Of a stretch of 64,000 bases of DNA, positions 1 through 15,185 are shown piece by piece. This stretch comes from Eledone cirrhosa (Eukaryota): NCBI GenBank assembly GCA_964016885.1, contig OZ024741.1:187178001-187242000 (forward strand). The letters run 5' to 3'. The notes under the pieces are model-generated. The model had not been told where the DNA came from. It did no database searches and was given only the letters and a program-made list of their open reading frames with translations. How positions within the stretch are numbered: position 1 is the stretch's first letter; each line of letters opens with the position of its first letter. The translations under genes and the position numbers were made by a program.

Positions 1-428
1 TGAAACCTAAGGCTGCACAAATATGTTAAATGTATGAACATTAATATAAACTAAATAAGCTCTTTTGTACTGGATTGAGCATTTTTTCCTTTGCGTTTTA
101 TCTACGGATATCCTACATATACATATGTAAATGAAGAAAAAATATGGGCGAATACAAGAAAATGAACGCCTACAGATTGTAATCCCATCTCCTCAGTCGA
201 ACAGTAGAGATACGTTGTTTAGGTGCTTTAAGGTCGATACAACTGGCTCTAGTGTACAATGGCCAGTAACAAATGGGCAAAAGACAAAACGATAGTCTTA
301 ACGATTATTTACAAATAATGCACAAAGCACACTAACAAATATACAGAAAGTAAACGAAAACAACAAAGCAAACAATATAGTACAATGAAGAAATATATTA
401 GTTGAACGCTTTATACAGTAGGAAAACG

Positions 429-466
429 CCTTTACGTTTCAGAGACTAATCCCTCATCAGATAGAG
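429..466 (-). ncRNA. Degenerate hammerhead-like motif in a short dispersed repeat (related copies ~52600-52642 and ~54232-54263)
   Basis: Minus strand CTGATGA-GGGA ttag TCTC-t-GAAA-CG-TA; stem I poorly paired. The copy near 54240 reads GGAC tagc GTCC GAAACGTTA. Confidence 0.45.
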
Positions 467-588
467 GGAGAAATAAAAGGTGAAATAGAGAGAGAAATTG
501 ATAAGAAACGAAAAAATGTTTTGGGAGGAAAAAGTACAAGTGTATTTAGTCCGTTATTCTACACACACACACACACGCACACACACAT

Positions 589-663
<75 letters not shown>

Positions 664-984
664 GGAAACAAGCTTAAATGTCAATTTGAAATAATAGTTA
701 AAAACATTCTTCCCAAAGTGTCAAATATAACATCACCGGATATAGTGACAATATCTTTCATAGTGGGGCTCAGTTACATGCATGTCTTCCTGTTGCATTT
801 TATATGTGTTTGTTAAGGGGAATCTCAGTGTATGTAAGTGTAATTGTGCCTGTCTCTCTGTCTGGCAGTGTATAGACATGTGTTTATTTGTATGGGTGAG
901 TGTATTTATGTGTGTATTTATGTGTGTATTTATGTGTGTATTTATGTGGGTATTCATGTGCGTATGCATATCTGTGCTTGCACG

Positions 985-3900
985 TATATGTGTGTGTAAT
1001 TGTGAGTGTATGTGTGTCTAATTGTGAGTGTATGCCTGTGCAATTGTGAGTATATGTGTGTGTGGAATTGTGAGTATATGTGTGTGTAATTGTGAGTATG
1101 TGTGTGTAATTGTGAGTGTATGTGTGTGTAATTGTGAGTATATGTGTGTGGATTGTGAGTATGTGTGTGTAATTGTGAGTGTATGTGTGTGTAATTGTGA
1201 GTGTGTGTGTAATTGTGAGTATATGTGTGTGTGGAATTGTGAGTGTGTGTGTAATTGTGAGTGTATGTGTGTGTAATTGTGAGTATATGTGTGTGTAATT
1301 GTGAGTGTATGTGTGTGTAATTGTGAGTGTGTGTGTAATTGTGAGTGTATGTGTGTGGAATTGTGAGTGTATGTGTGTGGAATTGTGAGTGTGTGTGTGT
1401 GTGTGTGTGTGTAATTTTGAGTGTATGTGTGTGAAATTGTGAGTGTATGTGTGTGGAATTGTGAGTGTATGTGTGTGTGGAATTGTGAGTGTGTGAGTGG
1501 ATTGTGAGTGTATGTGTGTGTAATTGTGGATGTGTGTGTGTGGAATTGTGAGTGTGTGTGTAATTGTGAGTCTGTGTGTGTAATTGTGAGTGTATGTGTG
1601 TGTAATTGTGAGTGTATGTGTGTGTAATTGTGAGTGTGTGTGTAATTGTGAGTATATGTGTGTGTGGAATTGTGAGTGTGTGTGTAATTGTGAGTGTATG
1701 TGTGTGTAATTGTGAGTATATGTGTGTGTAATTGTGAGTGTATGTGTGTGTAATTGTGAGTGTATGTGTGTGTAATTGTGAGTGTGTGTGTAATTGTGAG
1801 TGTATGTGTGTGGAATTGTGAGTGTATGTGTGTGGAATTGTGAGTGTGTGTGTGTGTGTGTGTGTGTGGAATTTTGAGTGTATGTGTGTGGAATTGTGAG
1901 TGTATGTGTGTGGAATTGTGAGTGTATGTGTGTGTGGAATTGTGAGTGTGTGAGTGGATTGTGAGTGTATGTGTGTGTAATTGTGGATGTGTGTGTGTGG
2001 AATTGTGAGTGTGTGTGTAATTCTGAGTCTGTGTGTGTAATTGTGAGTGTATGTGTGTGTAATTGTGAGTGTATGTGTGTGTAATTGTGAGTGTATGTGT
2101 GTGGAATTGTGAGTATGTGTGTGTAATTGTGAGTGTATGTGTGTGTATTTGTGAGTGTATGTGTGTGTGTAATTGTGAGTGTATGTGTGTGTGTAATTGT
2201 GAGTGTATGTGTGTGGAATTTTGAGTGTATGTGTGTGTAATTGTGAGTATATGTGTGTGGAATTGTGAGTGTATGTGTGTGTGGAATTGTGAGTGTGTGA
2301 GTGGATTGTGAGTGTATGTGTGTGTAATTGTGGATGTGTGTGTGTGGAATTGTGAGTGTGTGTGTGTGTAATTGTGAGTCTGTGTGTGTAATTGTGAGTG
2401 TATGTGTGTGTAATTGTGAGTGTATGTGTGTGTAATTGTGAGTGTATGTGTGTGGAATTGTGAGTATGTGTGTGTAATTGTGAGTGTATGTGTGTGTATT
2501 TGTGAGTGTATGTGTGTGTGTAATTGTGAGTGTATGTGTGTGTGGAATTGTGAGTGTATGTGTGTGGAATTGTGAGTGTATGTGTGTGTAATTGTGAGTA
2601 TATGTGTGTGGAATTGTGAGTGTATGTGTGTATAATTGTGAGTGTATGTGTGTGTATTTGTGAGTGTATATGTGTGTAATTGTGAGTGTATGTGTGTGGA
2701 ATTGTTAGTGTGTGTGTGGAATTGTGCGTGTAAGTGTGTGTATTTGTGAATGTATGTGTGTGGAATTGTGAGTATATGTGTGTGGAATTGTGAGTGTGTG
2801 TGTGTAGTTGTGAGTGTATGTGTGTGTAATTGTGAGTGTATGTGTGTAGAATTGTGAGTGTGTGTGTGTGTAATTGTGAGTGTTTCTGTGCGGAATTGTG
2901 AGTGTATGTGTGTGGAATTGTGAGTGTATGTGTGTGGAATTGTGAGTGTGTGTGTGTGTAATTGTGAGTGTATGTGTGTGTAATTGTGAGTATATGTGTG
3001 TGTATTTGTGAATGTATGTGTGTGTAATTGGGAGTATATATGTGTGTGTAATTGTGAGTGTATGTGTGTGGAATTGTGAGTGTGTGTGTGTAGTTGTGAG
3101 TGTATGTGTATCTAATTGTGAGTGTATGTGTGTGTAATTGTGAGTGTATGTGTGTGTAGTTGTGAGTGTATGTGTGTGTAATTGTTAGTGTATGTGTGTG
3201 TAATTGTGAGTGTGTGTGTGTGGAATTGTGAGTGTATGTGTGTGGAATTGTGAGTGTGTGTGTGTATAATTGTGAGTGTATGTGTGTGTAATTGTGAGTA
3301 TATGTGTGTGTAATTGTGAGCGTGTGTGTGTAGTTGTGAGAGTATGTGTGTCTAATTGTGAGTGTGTGTGTGTGGAATTGTGAGTGTATGCGTGTGTAAT
3401 TGTGAGTGTGTGTGTGTGGAATTGTGAGTATATGTGTGTGGAATTGTGAGTGTGTGTGTGTGGAATTGTGAGTATGTGTGTGTAATTGTGAGTGTATGTG
3501 TGTGCAATTGTGAGTGTATGCGTGTGTAATTGTGAGTGTGTGTGTGTGGAATTGTGAGTATGTGTGTGTAATTGTGAGTGTATGTGTGTGCAATTGTGAG
3601 TGTATGTGTATGGAATTGTGAGTATATGTGTGTGTATTTGTGAGTGGGTGTGTGTGTGTAATTATGTGTGTATGTGTGTGTAATTGTGAGTGTAAGTGTG
3701 TGTAATTGTGAATGTATATATGTGTGTAATTGTGAGTGTATGTGTGTGCAATTGTGAGTGTATGTGTATGGAATTGTGAGTATATGTGTGTGTATTTGTG
3801 AGTGGGTGTGTGTGTGTAATTGTGTGTGTATGTGTGTGTAATTGTGAGTGTAAGTGTGTGTAATTGTGAATGTATATATGTGTGTAATTGTGAGTGTATG

Positions 3901-4090
3901 TGAGTGGAATTTTGAGTATATTTGTGTGTAATTGTGAGTGTAAGTGTGTGTGTAACTGGGAATGCATGTGTGTGTGTATTTGTGAGTATATATGTGTGTA
4001 ATTGTGAGTATATGTGTGTGTGTAACTGGGAATGCATGTGTGTGTGTATTTGTGAGTATATATGTGTGTAATTGTGAGTGTATGTGTGTG
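985..4090. repeat. Minisatellite, ~20-24 bp unit AATTGTGAG(TGTA)(TG)n
   Basis: About 3.1 kb of tandem aattgtgagtgtatgtgtgtgt variants; source of the spurious 1027-aa His/Thr ORF. Confidence 0.95.
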
Positions 4091-4528
4091 TGTGTATATT
4101 TATCTTTTTATTTGTGTATGTCTTTGTATGTTTGTGTTTTTGTATATAATATATGTTTGTAATTATGTGTCCATATGTGTATGTATGCGTGTGTGCATGC
4201 CAACCTGCATGTATGTATATGTGTGTGCGTATGTGTGTGTGTGTGTGTGTGTATGTGTGTGTGTGTATGTGTGTTCGTGTGTGTGTGTGTGTGTGTATCT
4301 CTATCTTAATATTATACTAATTATTAAACCTTGTTCTATGTTCATTGATTTTCTTTTTGTTTATTGTATGCTGGGATTTTTCCCTTTCTCTTAGTTTAAA
4401 AACATTTTCATTACTTTCTTATTTATTTATTGAATTTTAAATTCTTTTGTTTCATCCGTATTACTATTACATCTTTACCGTGTTTTCCTGTCTTCTGAGC
4501 CTGCAGGATTATTGTTCAAGTGATTTCC

Positions 4529-4589
<61 letters not shown>

Positions 4590-5025
4590 ATCAATATTTT
4601 ATAGGTTGAGAAATGGGGGAGTGTGATAGAAGCAGGCGATGTTTTTATAGCAAAATATGGCGAATATTTGATATTAGAATCACCACAAAATTGTCGTCTA
4701 ATGGATAGCTTATCACGTGACGAAAATGGTTTGTCTTATCTTTCAAATTAAAACTCAGATAAGCAACACATTAGGAATGTTTTTTATCGGCCATATTTCC
4801 CTTACTCTTGTTGCTGCGATTGTTATTATAGTTGTTTTTATCTATGCTGTTATTATTCCCATTGAAGTTGGAAATGTTGACGTGGTTATTATTGAGGTGG
4901 TTCATGTATTCTCGAATATTTTTTGTGTATACTTTCGTTCGTTATTCGTTAAATATTAGTTGTTTAGAAAACGTCATGTAGTTTAAATGAGTAAGAATTA
5001 TTAATATTATTTTTCCTGAGTTCAA

Positions 5026-5250
5026 GGGCGTGGATTGACAGTATCGGCAGGGGCCCGGACACCACGCTTTGCAGTATATAGCTACAGTCCTTTACAGTCT
5101 GAGTTCAAGTTCCGCCGAGGTTGACGTTGCCTTTCATCCTTACAGGGTCGATAAAATAAAGTACCAGTAACGTACTGGGGTCGGTCGATTTAATCGACTT
5201 TCCCTTCCCCTTCAAATTGCTGGCCTTGTGCCTATAGTAGAAACAATTAT
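5026..5250 (+). mobile_element. tRNA-head SINE
   Basis: A-box-like tgacagtatcgg, B-box gagttcaagttcc, core gcctttcatccttacagggtcgataaaataaagtacca, (TTA) tail. ttcctgagttc repeated on both sides (TSD-like). Many copies in the window. Confidence 0.85.
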
Positions 5251-5401
5251 TGTTCCTGAGTTCTTGTGACACTTTACACTCCAAGGTCAAATGCCGCTGA
5301 AGTCAATTATGTTATCCTTCTAGTGTCAGTAAAATAAAGTACCAGTCAAGAACGTACCTCATAATTTTCATGTTGCACCTTTTATGCTTGTGTGTGTGTG
5401 T

Positions 5402-5472
<71 letters not shown>

Positions 5473-5924
5473 TTCATTATAAAGCTGGTGTTTGAACATA
5501 ACAAAAGTTCTAATATAAAACTACATTGGTTTTTGCATAAATATGAATTCTTTAAAGTAAGCAGTTTTGTATTGTAGACACAGGGACTGTTTCAGGCGAT
5601 TTGGAATCATTCGGGTTAAGATAGAATTTCTAACATACCATAGTAAAGGGTTCTTACATACAATTATGACGAAGGTTTTTTTTAATAAATGTAGACAATT
5701 TATAATGAATAGTTTTGCATCGTAGATCCTGAGGCTGTTTCGTGCAGTTTGCTATCAAAGGGATTAAACGACAAGAACGACAACAAAAACACATGAGAAA
5801 AGCAGGAACATCAATCGGTTCATAGCCGTATTTAATGGGGAGGGGAGCAAAGGGAGCCATTGCCCCGGTTCCCCTAGAGCGGAGCCCCTCCACTTACGGC
5901 ATCTATGATAATGCAAGACCAGCT

Positions 5925-6480
5925 CGAAGTTTGGTCTTCAGACCATTATTGAAAAGACCAAAGTAATGCTTATTGGAGAATCACAATAGTAACCAATGTA
6001 GCTGGAGGGGTGGACTCAAGAAATGGCAAACATCTTCGTATAGCTAGCTGTGCGTTTGTTAAAGATGGTAACACAAGAACTGATGTGAAAAAAAAGATTC
6101 GGTGAAGCTGCAGCTATCCTTCAGCGCCTGAAGCCTAGAATGAACAACTTATTCGTCTGCTAAAGCACAAAACTCTGCCTGTATATTTCAACTGCTATAC
6201 TAACAGTGTCTTATGGTGGTGAATCATGGAAAATAATCTGTAGATTCTATATAACTGTAGGGATTCTTTGCATGGACCTTGTCGTAGGACCCTCCATAGG
6301 ACTTCTTTGCATGAACGCATCACAAATGAAAAGGTCAAGGACGGAGTCCGGTTTAAAAATCTACAAATACCATCAGCGTACGTCGGCAGATGTTTGGCCA
6401 CATGCTATGCTTACCACAAAGAAGCCAATAAAGGCCTTCATCGAATGGAAGACAGAAAGGTGGCATACGAAGCAAGGCAT
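5925..6480 (+). mobile_element. Decayed RTE-clade LINE fragment (RT C-terminal/thumb)
   Basis: Frameshifted remnants EKTKVML..., DGNTRTDV, TKLCLY...SYGGESWK resemble RTE post-RT motifs. Confidence 0.6.
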
Positions 6481-6484
6481 ACCA

Positions 6485-6900
6485 GCAGAGGGCAATAGCC
6501 CCGGTGTTTTGCATAGATATGGCTTTCTAATGTTTAGCTATAAACATACCGTATTGCTTTAAAAATACGAAATTCCAATAAATATCTGTATGCAGCTATG
6601 CCTGAAGCTAAATCCTATTTCTATTCTATTATAAGTTGGATTAATCACATCATTTACACAGACGAGAAAACCATATATTCTCGACTGTTCTCAAGTCGAG
6701 CAGTCGCAAGCGTGGGAGGGGGCGTCTTGAAGAGTACCAGTTAAGTGTGAAATGCATCGACGATTGACCCCCTTTCTTCTGCTGGACACCAGCTACGGCT
6801 TTCTAAATGTTTATCTATAAACATACCGCATTTCTTTAGAAATACAAAATTCCAATACATATCTTAATAAAGGTATGCATGAAGCTAAATCCTAATTCTA
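6485..6900 (+). mobile_element. Non-autonomous hammerhead element, ~300-nt family, 1.3 tandem units
   Basis: 6519-6623 repeated at 6795-6900; homologous to 13559-13922 and 59556-60004. Confidence 0.75.
6723..6762 (+). ncRNA. Type I hammerhead ribozyme motif (C3U variant, probably inactive)
   Basis: CGTC-TTGAAGA-GTAC cagttaa GTGT-GAAA-TGCA-TC-GACG; stem I CGTC/GACG, palindrome ATGCAT. Confidence 0.7.
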
Positions 6901-7392
6901 TATATATTTATGTATTTATTGTTGTGGTATATATATGGCAACTGCCTTCGGTGGTTTTTCTTGGTGTCACTTTTTAACTGTTGTGTTTAATCTAAGACGG
7001 TAATGTATTAACATACCGCTCTATTGAGTACTTTGAGATTACCTCAAACAACTCGATTAGTACCTGCTATATGGCAGCTACAACTTCGGTTCATATATAA
7101 TATTATATATATATATGTATATATATATATAGAGAGAGAGAAAGAGAGAGAAATAGATAAAGAGATACTTAGATGAATTTATATATATATGTGCACATAT
7201 ATAAAACTTTATCGCTAGGTGTGTGTATGGGGTTTTTATAACAGTGTTGCGTGTGAACGTATAATTAATTACATAATTACACGTATGTAAATTACGAGAA
7301 CGATGAACTGTAGATAGGAGTAGGACATACAATTATCCCTATATACACACATGTATGTATATATGTGTGTGTGAGTGTGTGTATGTGTATAG

Positions 7393-8315
<923 letters not shown>

Positions 8316-8428
8316 TTATATATATACATATATATATATATTTATATATATTTATATATATATATTCACTATATATAAACACATATGCTTGTATGCATGC
8401 ATGTATGTATGTATATATGTATGTATAT

Positions 8429-8488
<60 letters not shown>

Positions 8489-9070
8489 ATGAGATATATT
8501 GATAAGGTGCACACAAGAGAAGGACGCACATGGCTACAGTTGTGATATATCAAACATTCCTCCCCTCCTGTACCCTACACTTCGTTGGAAATTTGCCATC
8601 TACTTAGATTCTTTAAACAATCACCTTTATGAGTTTGTGTTTATGTCTGTGCGTATGCACGCGTGATTGTATATGTATGTGTATGTGTGAGAGAGTGATG
8701 TGTGTGTGTATACATATAAAATAATGTATGTGTGCGTTTAAGTGTTTTTGCAAATATCACTCTTTTCTCTGTACACATATAAACATATATACATACACAC
8801 CCATCTATATATAAATATAAATATGCAGAGCTACATACATATATATGCATTCACATACACATATACGTAGTCCCTAGACGCATGCATATATGTATATTTA
8901 CATACTATCTACCTAAGAGGCATGATATATATATATATATACATATATACATAAATTCATACATACATACATACATGCATGCATGCATGCATGCGTGCAT
9001 AGATGCATGCATGCTTACATACATTCATTCATACATACATACATACATACATACATACATACATACATAC

Positions 9071-9495
9071 ATGGCGGCTGCCAACTCGTTTTCGAGTACG
9101 GCCACTACTTTATATCCATGTAAGAGAACCCCTACCGACGCGCTGAACGAGTGTGACTTTTTAGTCCAGCCAGCGGCTTGAAAACTCTGGTACAAACACT
9201 ACACTTGTGACAATTATTGACACATAGTGCTGGGCCCATGGTACCATGTGACGACAAGTGCAGAGAGATCTCCAGATATAAAGCAATGCCTGTGCCGTGA
9301 AGCTTTTATAGTGAGCAAAGGCACTGCACAAAGCCAGTCCCACTCTCTTAACCAAGATGATATTTACCAAAAAGAAGAACAAGTCAAAAGGAGCTCTTAA
9401 GAGTCAATGGCCATCCAAAATCACCGGGAGAGATGACCCCTTAGCCTTTGTCAAGGCAGAATTCTAGGAGAAGGAAAACTCTGATATAACACCTA
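9071..9495 (-). mobile_element. Non-autonomous RTE-derived element, 5'-truncated with inverted 5' segment
   Basis: Near-identical to 17086-17494 and 22217-22826; 9393-9493 is the reverse complement of 22559-22659; (TATG)n tail. Confidence 0.85.
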
Positions 9496-9598
9496 CATAC
9501 ATACATACATACATGTATACATACATACATACATACATACATACATACATACATACATACATACATACATACATACATACATACATACATACATACAT

Positions 9599-12500
9599 AG
9601 TCAGTCAACGCGATCAGGCGCACATTTTGGCGTCGGAAACTATTCATTAAATTTATGATGAATACTATCTCCGACATTAATGCCACAACTACCAGTCATT
9701 TTGAATAACGTAGAGATATCCGACTAAATATATAATTCATTTTACAAGGATTTGCTACAAACAGCATGGCTGAACACAACATCAACAACATCAGTGGAAT
9801 ACCGAAGAAAAACGAGAAAGGTAAACAAAATTTATTCTGTTGTAGCTACAGAAGAAACCGAAATTATAAATCACATTTCTCTTGGAGTTGCGAACTTAAT
9901 GATGATTTAGTTAATTGTTATAAAATGGCAAAAAACTATCCCTCCATTGGCTATATGAACAGAATGAAGCTACACTGGGACGAAATACACCCAGAGCTAA
10001 ATTATTTCACAGCGAAACAATTACGCCAACAAGCGACGTTTGTTGAACGTAAAAATAAGATAAATATTATTAATTGTAAGTCCCCCACAACAAACATGGA
10101 ATGAACAACACGTGCTACAGGTCGCCATGCTACTAGACTTCCTAGCACCCAGGTCGAACAGTGCCTTGAAACAACTATGCCTGTAAGAAGAAATTTGACA
10201 CTATACTGTACCATCTAAGTCTACCGCGAATGCTGGGGAAAACTATACCGATAATAATAATAATCGAAGAAATTTGACACCATGTGTACCATACGAGTCT
10301 ACCTATTGTGGAAAATACTATCGATAATCATAATAATCAAAAGTATAAACAATTGAAATTTTCCCTCAACGAAATCTTCCAGAGAGAAATTAATTCATGT
10401 ATAAACATTTCTCTTGCTGAACGTTTTAAAAGAACAATATTTAATTTAAAAAAAAAACAAATAATGAAATATTACCTGTTATTGACGAAATAGGGGATGA
10501 ATATTTACAACTGATAAAAACCCCAACATTTTGGCAAATCAGCGCCTGTCTATATGCCTTAGCAACGACAGTGAAGCATTATCTTGGTGGTAGCAGAGAT
10601 ATTAACAAGAACAAAACACCACCAAAAATACCATCATATATAACTAAAAGAGAAAAAAAAAAGATTGCTGACCTTCGAAGAAAAAAGGATATGTGACAAT
10701 GCTCCTTACATGCAAACAAAAATAAAAACACTTCACTCCTTACAAACAAAGAGTGAAAAATAAAATAGAGACGATGTTTGGTAACAGTAGAACCAGAACT
10801 CTTCAATATAAGCTGATCACCCTCAAATAAGAATTGAGAGCTGTTAGCGAAAAACGCCGATTCCTGAAGAAGGTAGATGAAAGAAAAGTGCTTAATAAAA
10901 GATTCAGACGAACCCAAAAATCAGTCTATAGAGATATGAAGGGCAAAATAGTAAGTGTCACTGAGGCCCCATCCCAGAAAAACATAGATTCCTTTTAGAG
11001 AAAAATATGGGGTGAAAATAAGATTTTCAACCAAGATGCAGTGTGGCTAAAAGAAATCCAAAAGAACTATTGCTCCTACACTACAACAAAAACATACGAA
11101 ATAAGTGAGGGTATCCTTGAGACTCTGATAGGAAAACTCCAAGATAAGAAAACACCAGGAAGAGACATGATTGTCGGTTACTGGTACAAAAAACTGATAT
11201 TCTATCGGAGGTATCTTACTGACCTCTACCAACAAGTTCTTAAGGTAGATACACCTATACAATAATGGTTGACATTAGCACAAACATTACTGGTCCCCAA
11301 GAACAAAGACACCACTTGGCAAAAAACTACCGACCCATTGCATGCCAGAACCTAATGTATAAGATGTATACAGCCTGCTTGAACCTATTCCTCCAAGATC
11401 ACTGAGCGAATAATAACATCATCACAGATGAACAAGCAGCTGGAAAGAAAGGGGTTTGGGGATGTGCTGAACAACTCCTAATCAACAAAACTGCGATGTC
11501 GGAGGTGCGACAACTTAGGAGGAATATGGCTACAGTCTGGCTGGACTACAGGAAAGATTTCGATTCTGATCTCCACTCTTGGATGATAGAGGCCCTCGAA
11601 CTTGCTAAAGTCCCAGACATTATTATCAGAGCCATAGAAAATATGTCTTCTTTTTGGGCTACTATCCTAAGGTTAAAGACAGAGAGGGATGACTCTATTT
11701 TCACTGATAAAATAAAATATCGCAGGGGAATATTTCAGGGAGACAGTCTCTCTGTGATATTATTCATCCTGTCATTAAACCCCTTGTCCTTTCTGCTCAA
11801 GAAATGTGAAGGACACATCACTAGCTCACATGAGGACAAAAATACGAACCTAACCCATAATATCTTTGTGGATGAACTGAAACTCTATGCCAAGAACATA
11901 GATGGTATGAAGAAAAATCTTGACCTGGTTACAACATTCTCAAAGGATATAGGAATGGAGTTTGGCCAAGATAAATGCTCATATATGACTGTAAATCGAG
12001 GAAAAACAATTACCCAATCTAGCAACATTTGTATCAAAGGCCTCACTGTTTCACCAATATCTGATGAAGTCTGCTACAGATAGCTGGGGATAGATGAGAA
12101 CATATCCTATAATGGTATCTGTAATAAGGAACGCGTAACCAGGGAATACTACACCCGATTAAGAAAAATATGGTCATCGGAACTCTCTGCGCAAAACAAA
12201 ATAGTGGCTCACAATGTATTTGCTGTGCCTGTCCTAACACCAACGTTTGAATACTCAATTGGATGACAGCGAAATCCGAGCAGTTGATGTTAGAACTCGA
12301 AAAATACTAAACAACACCGGAAACTTCCACATCAGCAGTGACATAGACCGCCTTTACTTGAAACGTAAGCAGGGAGGCAGAGCCCTAACATCAGTCCGTA
12401 GAAAAGTTAGCCCCGATAATAAACACATTAAACGCTACAGCAATGTGGAAGACATACATATACATAATATGAAAGAGTACTGGTGGAATGTTCCAGTAAA

Positions 12501-13078
12501 AAAAACAATAAAATAAAGGGATAACAGACCAGATATTATGATATGGGACATGTAAAACAAGCCATGCACAGTAGTGGAAGTTAGCTGTCCAGCAGATGCC
12601 AATATAATATCAAAGATTAGCGAAAAGGTGAATATCTATGCAGAACTGATTAGAAATCTGCAGATACTCCACCCTGATTACACCTTCCGATTTATGTCTG
12701 TGAATATTTGGGCACTGGGGTATGTTAGTAACTGCCTCCCTCAATACAAATCTTGAGAAGCTGGGCTTCACAGGAACAGAAAGAACACAACTAGTTAGGA
12801 AATTACAAGTACAATCCATTAATGGAACAGTAAAAATATGTAAAACATTCCAAACATTGTGCATCTAATAACTGCATATACACATGTACAGATACTAAGC
12901 ATATACACATGCACACATACAACTCGAAATATACACATCCACATATACAATAACATCCATATCTACGTATGCATCCATATCTACGCATACACACATATCT
13001 ACCTAATTGATGCGGTGTTAATTCCAATGAGAGAGTCTTGTGTCTATGCAAACATTTGTGAAATTATAAAACCAGAAG

Positions 13079-13080
<2 letters not shown>
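9599..13080 (+). mobile_element. Dong/R4-type non-LTR retrotransposon, 5'-complete, decayed, with internal deletion
   Basis: Myb-like N-terminus (WSCELNDDLVNCY...GYMNRMKLHW), RT motifs (WLDYRKDFDS, GIFQGDSLS, FVDEL), RLE remnant (RPDI..VEVSCP). Flanked by (CATA)n and (CA)n. Confidence 0.92.
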
Positions 13081-13153
<73 letters not shown>

Positions 13154-13159
13154 TTCCGC

Positions 13160-13257
13160 AGTTTCTGCGGAATAAATATCGAAGGTGTCACCCCATCATA
13201 AGCAGCTGTCCAAAGATGTTATCACGGTACTATCTAATAGACATGATGTAGTGGCCA
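13160..13257 (+). mobile_element. Short Dong fragment (CCHC/RHD region)
   Basis: agcagctgtccaaagatg...gacatgatgtagtggcca matches 21390-21489. Confidence 0.7.
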
Positions 13258-13330
13258 GACACAGAGATATAGGACAAAAAAGAAAACATGCACATTAGTG
13301 GAAATCAACTGCCCAGCAGATGTCAGTATA

Positions 13331-13523
13331 ATAGTAATTGTTTCTACTTTAGGCACAAGGCCAGCAATTACCCAGTGCATTACTGGCACTTTATTTTATC
13401 GACCCCGTAAGGATGAAAGGCAAAGTCAACCTCGGCGGGATTTGAACTCAGATCGTAAAGGGACGTAACTATGCTGGAAAGCATGGCGTCCGACTCTCTA
13501 CCCATACTGCCAATCCACCGCCC
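13331..13523 (-). mobile_element. tRNA-head SINE
   Basis: Reverse complement of the SINE at 28441-28635. Confidence 0.88.
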
Positions 13524-13558
13524 TGTATAATAGTAATGATTAATGAAAAGGATTGGAT

Positions 13559-13922
13559 GAAATTCACATACATATATGTATACAGCTATGCTGAAGCTAA
13601 ATTTTAATTCTACTTTTAAATTGAGCCACCTTATACAGCTTCATATGAAAAAGAGGCTAATCAGCCCACTTACACAGACGAAATTACTATATATTTTTGC
13701 CTCTTTTCAACTCCCAGCAGAGAGGAGGGAAGCACTGTCCTGACGAGAACTAGTAGCTCGAAATGCTTCTGTTGGAATCCGTCCAACGGCGTTGGCCGTC
13801 AGCTTTTCAATATCCATAGCTGGGTTTTCAAAATGTTTATTTATTAAATAAAATATACTGTATATGCGAAATTCACATACATATATGTATATAGCTATGC
13901 CGAAGCTAAAATTTAATTCTAC
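13559..13922 (+). mobile_element. Non-autonomous hammerhead element, 309-nt unit with 55-bp terminal direct repeat
   Basis: gaaattcacatac...taattctac at 13559-13613 and 13868-13922. Confidence 0.8.
13735..13798 (+). ncRNA. Type I hammerhead motif with extended stem III
   Basis: ctgtc-CTGACGA-GAaCT agt AGcTC-GAAA-TGC ttc TGTTGGA atccg TCCAACG GCG-TT-ggccg. Confidence 0.6.
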
Positions 13923-13924
13923 AC

Positions 13925-14038
<114 letters not shown>

Positions 14039-15185
14039 CATTGTTGGAAAAATCGATATTCATAAACACAAACTCGTTCACATTGACATTAAAATACGTA
14101 CATCTGAACTAATGTTGCTGAAGAGAAACATGATATAAAAGAATAATGAAAAATTCTGCTTCCCCAACCCCATAAAAATTGACCAGTTCAGTCAGGTGGT
14201 TTATATGGGTATCTAAAACGAAAACACTTAGACCAAGCACAGTAAAGGCCTGGCATCGTCACATTTATAAAATCTCACCTTGAATATTACTTCCATGCAA
14301 TTCAGGAGCAAGAAATAACTATGAATTAAATATTCCGCGAAAGAAAGAAAACAACAGACAGCACGGTGTGGTAGACAGTTTAAATTGGAATAAAATAGGA
14401 ATAAATAGAATAAAATAAATTAATTTTAATATGTTGCAACCGATGGCTGAAAGGGTATTGGTGAAACCTAAAAAGTTTTTTTCAGAGATCTATCTGTCTG
14501 ACAAATGACGTGATCTCAGAAACTAAAACAATGTAGAAACTAAAACAAGTACAGCATAGTTGGTAAATCCGCAAGTATTTGGGATCATTAAAATTGTTAA
14601 GGTAAAATTCTACAGTTCTCGCTTTTTTCTTTTATCCTATTTTTTCTAATTCCTATTACCTTGGAATGTATAATCTCACACGCATTGTCGGGCTTCCAAA
14701 TAATTAAACTTATTTCCTAGTTTAATTTGTATTTATTATTCCAAAATGCTTGAAGCACACTGCAACACTTTATCATTTATATTTTGGTGTAAACATTTCC
14801 GTCACATAATCTGTAACTGGTCACTTACTCAGTTCTATTGCAACTAACTTTTAGTAACTGGCCAATTTTTGTCAGCTTCAACGATGTTTTTGTTCCTCTC
14901 TCATTCTTTTCGTTGTCATTCGTAAGGTTTCTTTTGTTTCTTTCACACATGCATGTATGTATCTGTAGTACACAACATACACACACACATACAAATACAC
15001 GTGCCCCACAAAATTAAAACACGTCTGAATTCGCCCAGTTGTGAAGGTAAACTTTCTTAAAATTTAAAGGTGAATAAAGAGAACAAAATTCTTTTTATAA
15101 ACATTTCTTAATTTACATTCTTGACATCAATTAATCCCGAAGAAAGAACATACATACATACATATGTAATGGCTGCCCCCTCGTT

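Noticed and set aside
954-4037. 1027-aa His/Thr-rich ORF
   Set aside because: Read-through of a CA-rich minisatellite strand that is almost free of stop codons; unit lengths are not multiples of 3, and there is no codon or domain signal.
985-4090. CRISPR-like repeat-spacer appearance
   Set aside because: Spacers are only (TG)n variants, no cas genes are present, and the context is eukaryotic.
5026-5120. tRNA gene
   Set aside because: A/B boxes belong to SINE heads; no cloverleaf, and the sequence continues into SINE core and tail.
14280-14370. Possible Dong remnant (AIQEQEI)
   Set aside because: Too short and decayed to delimit.
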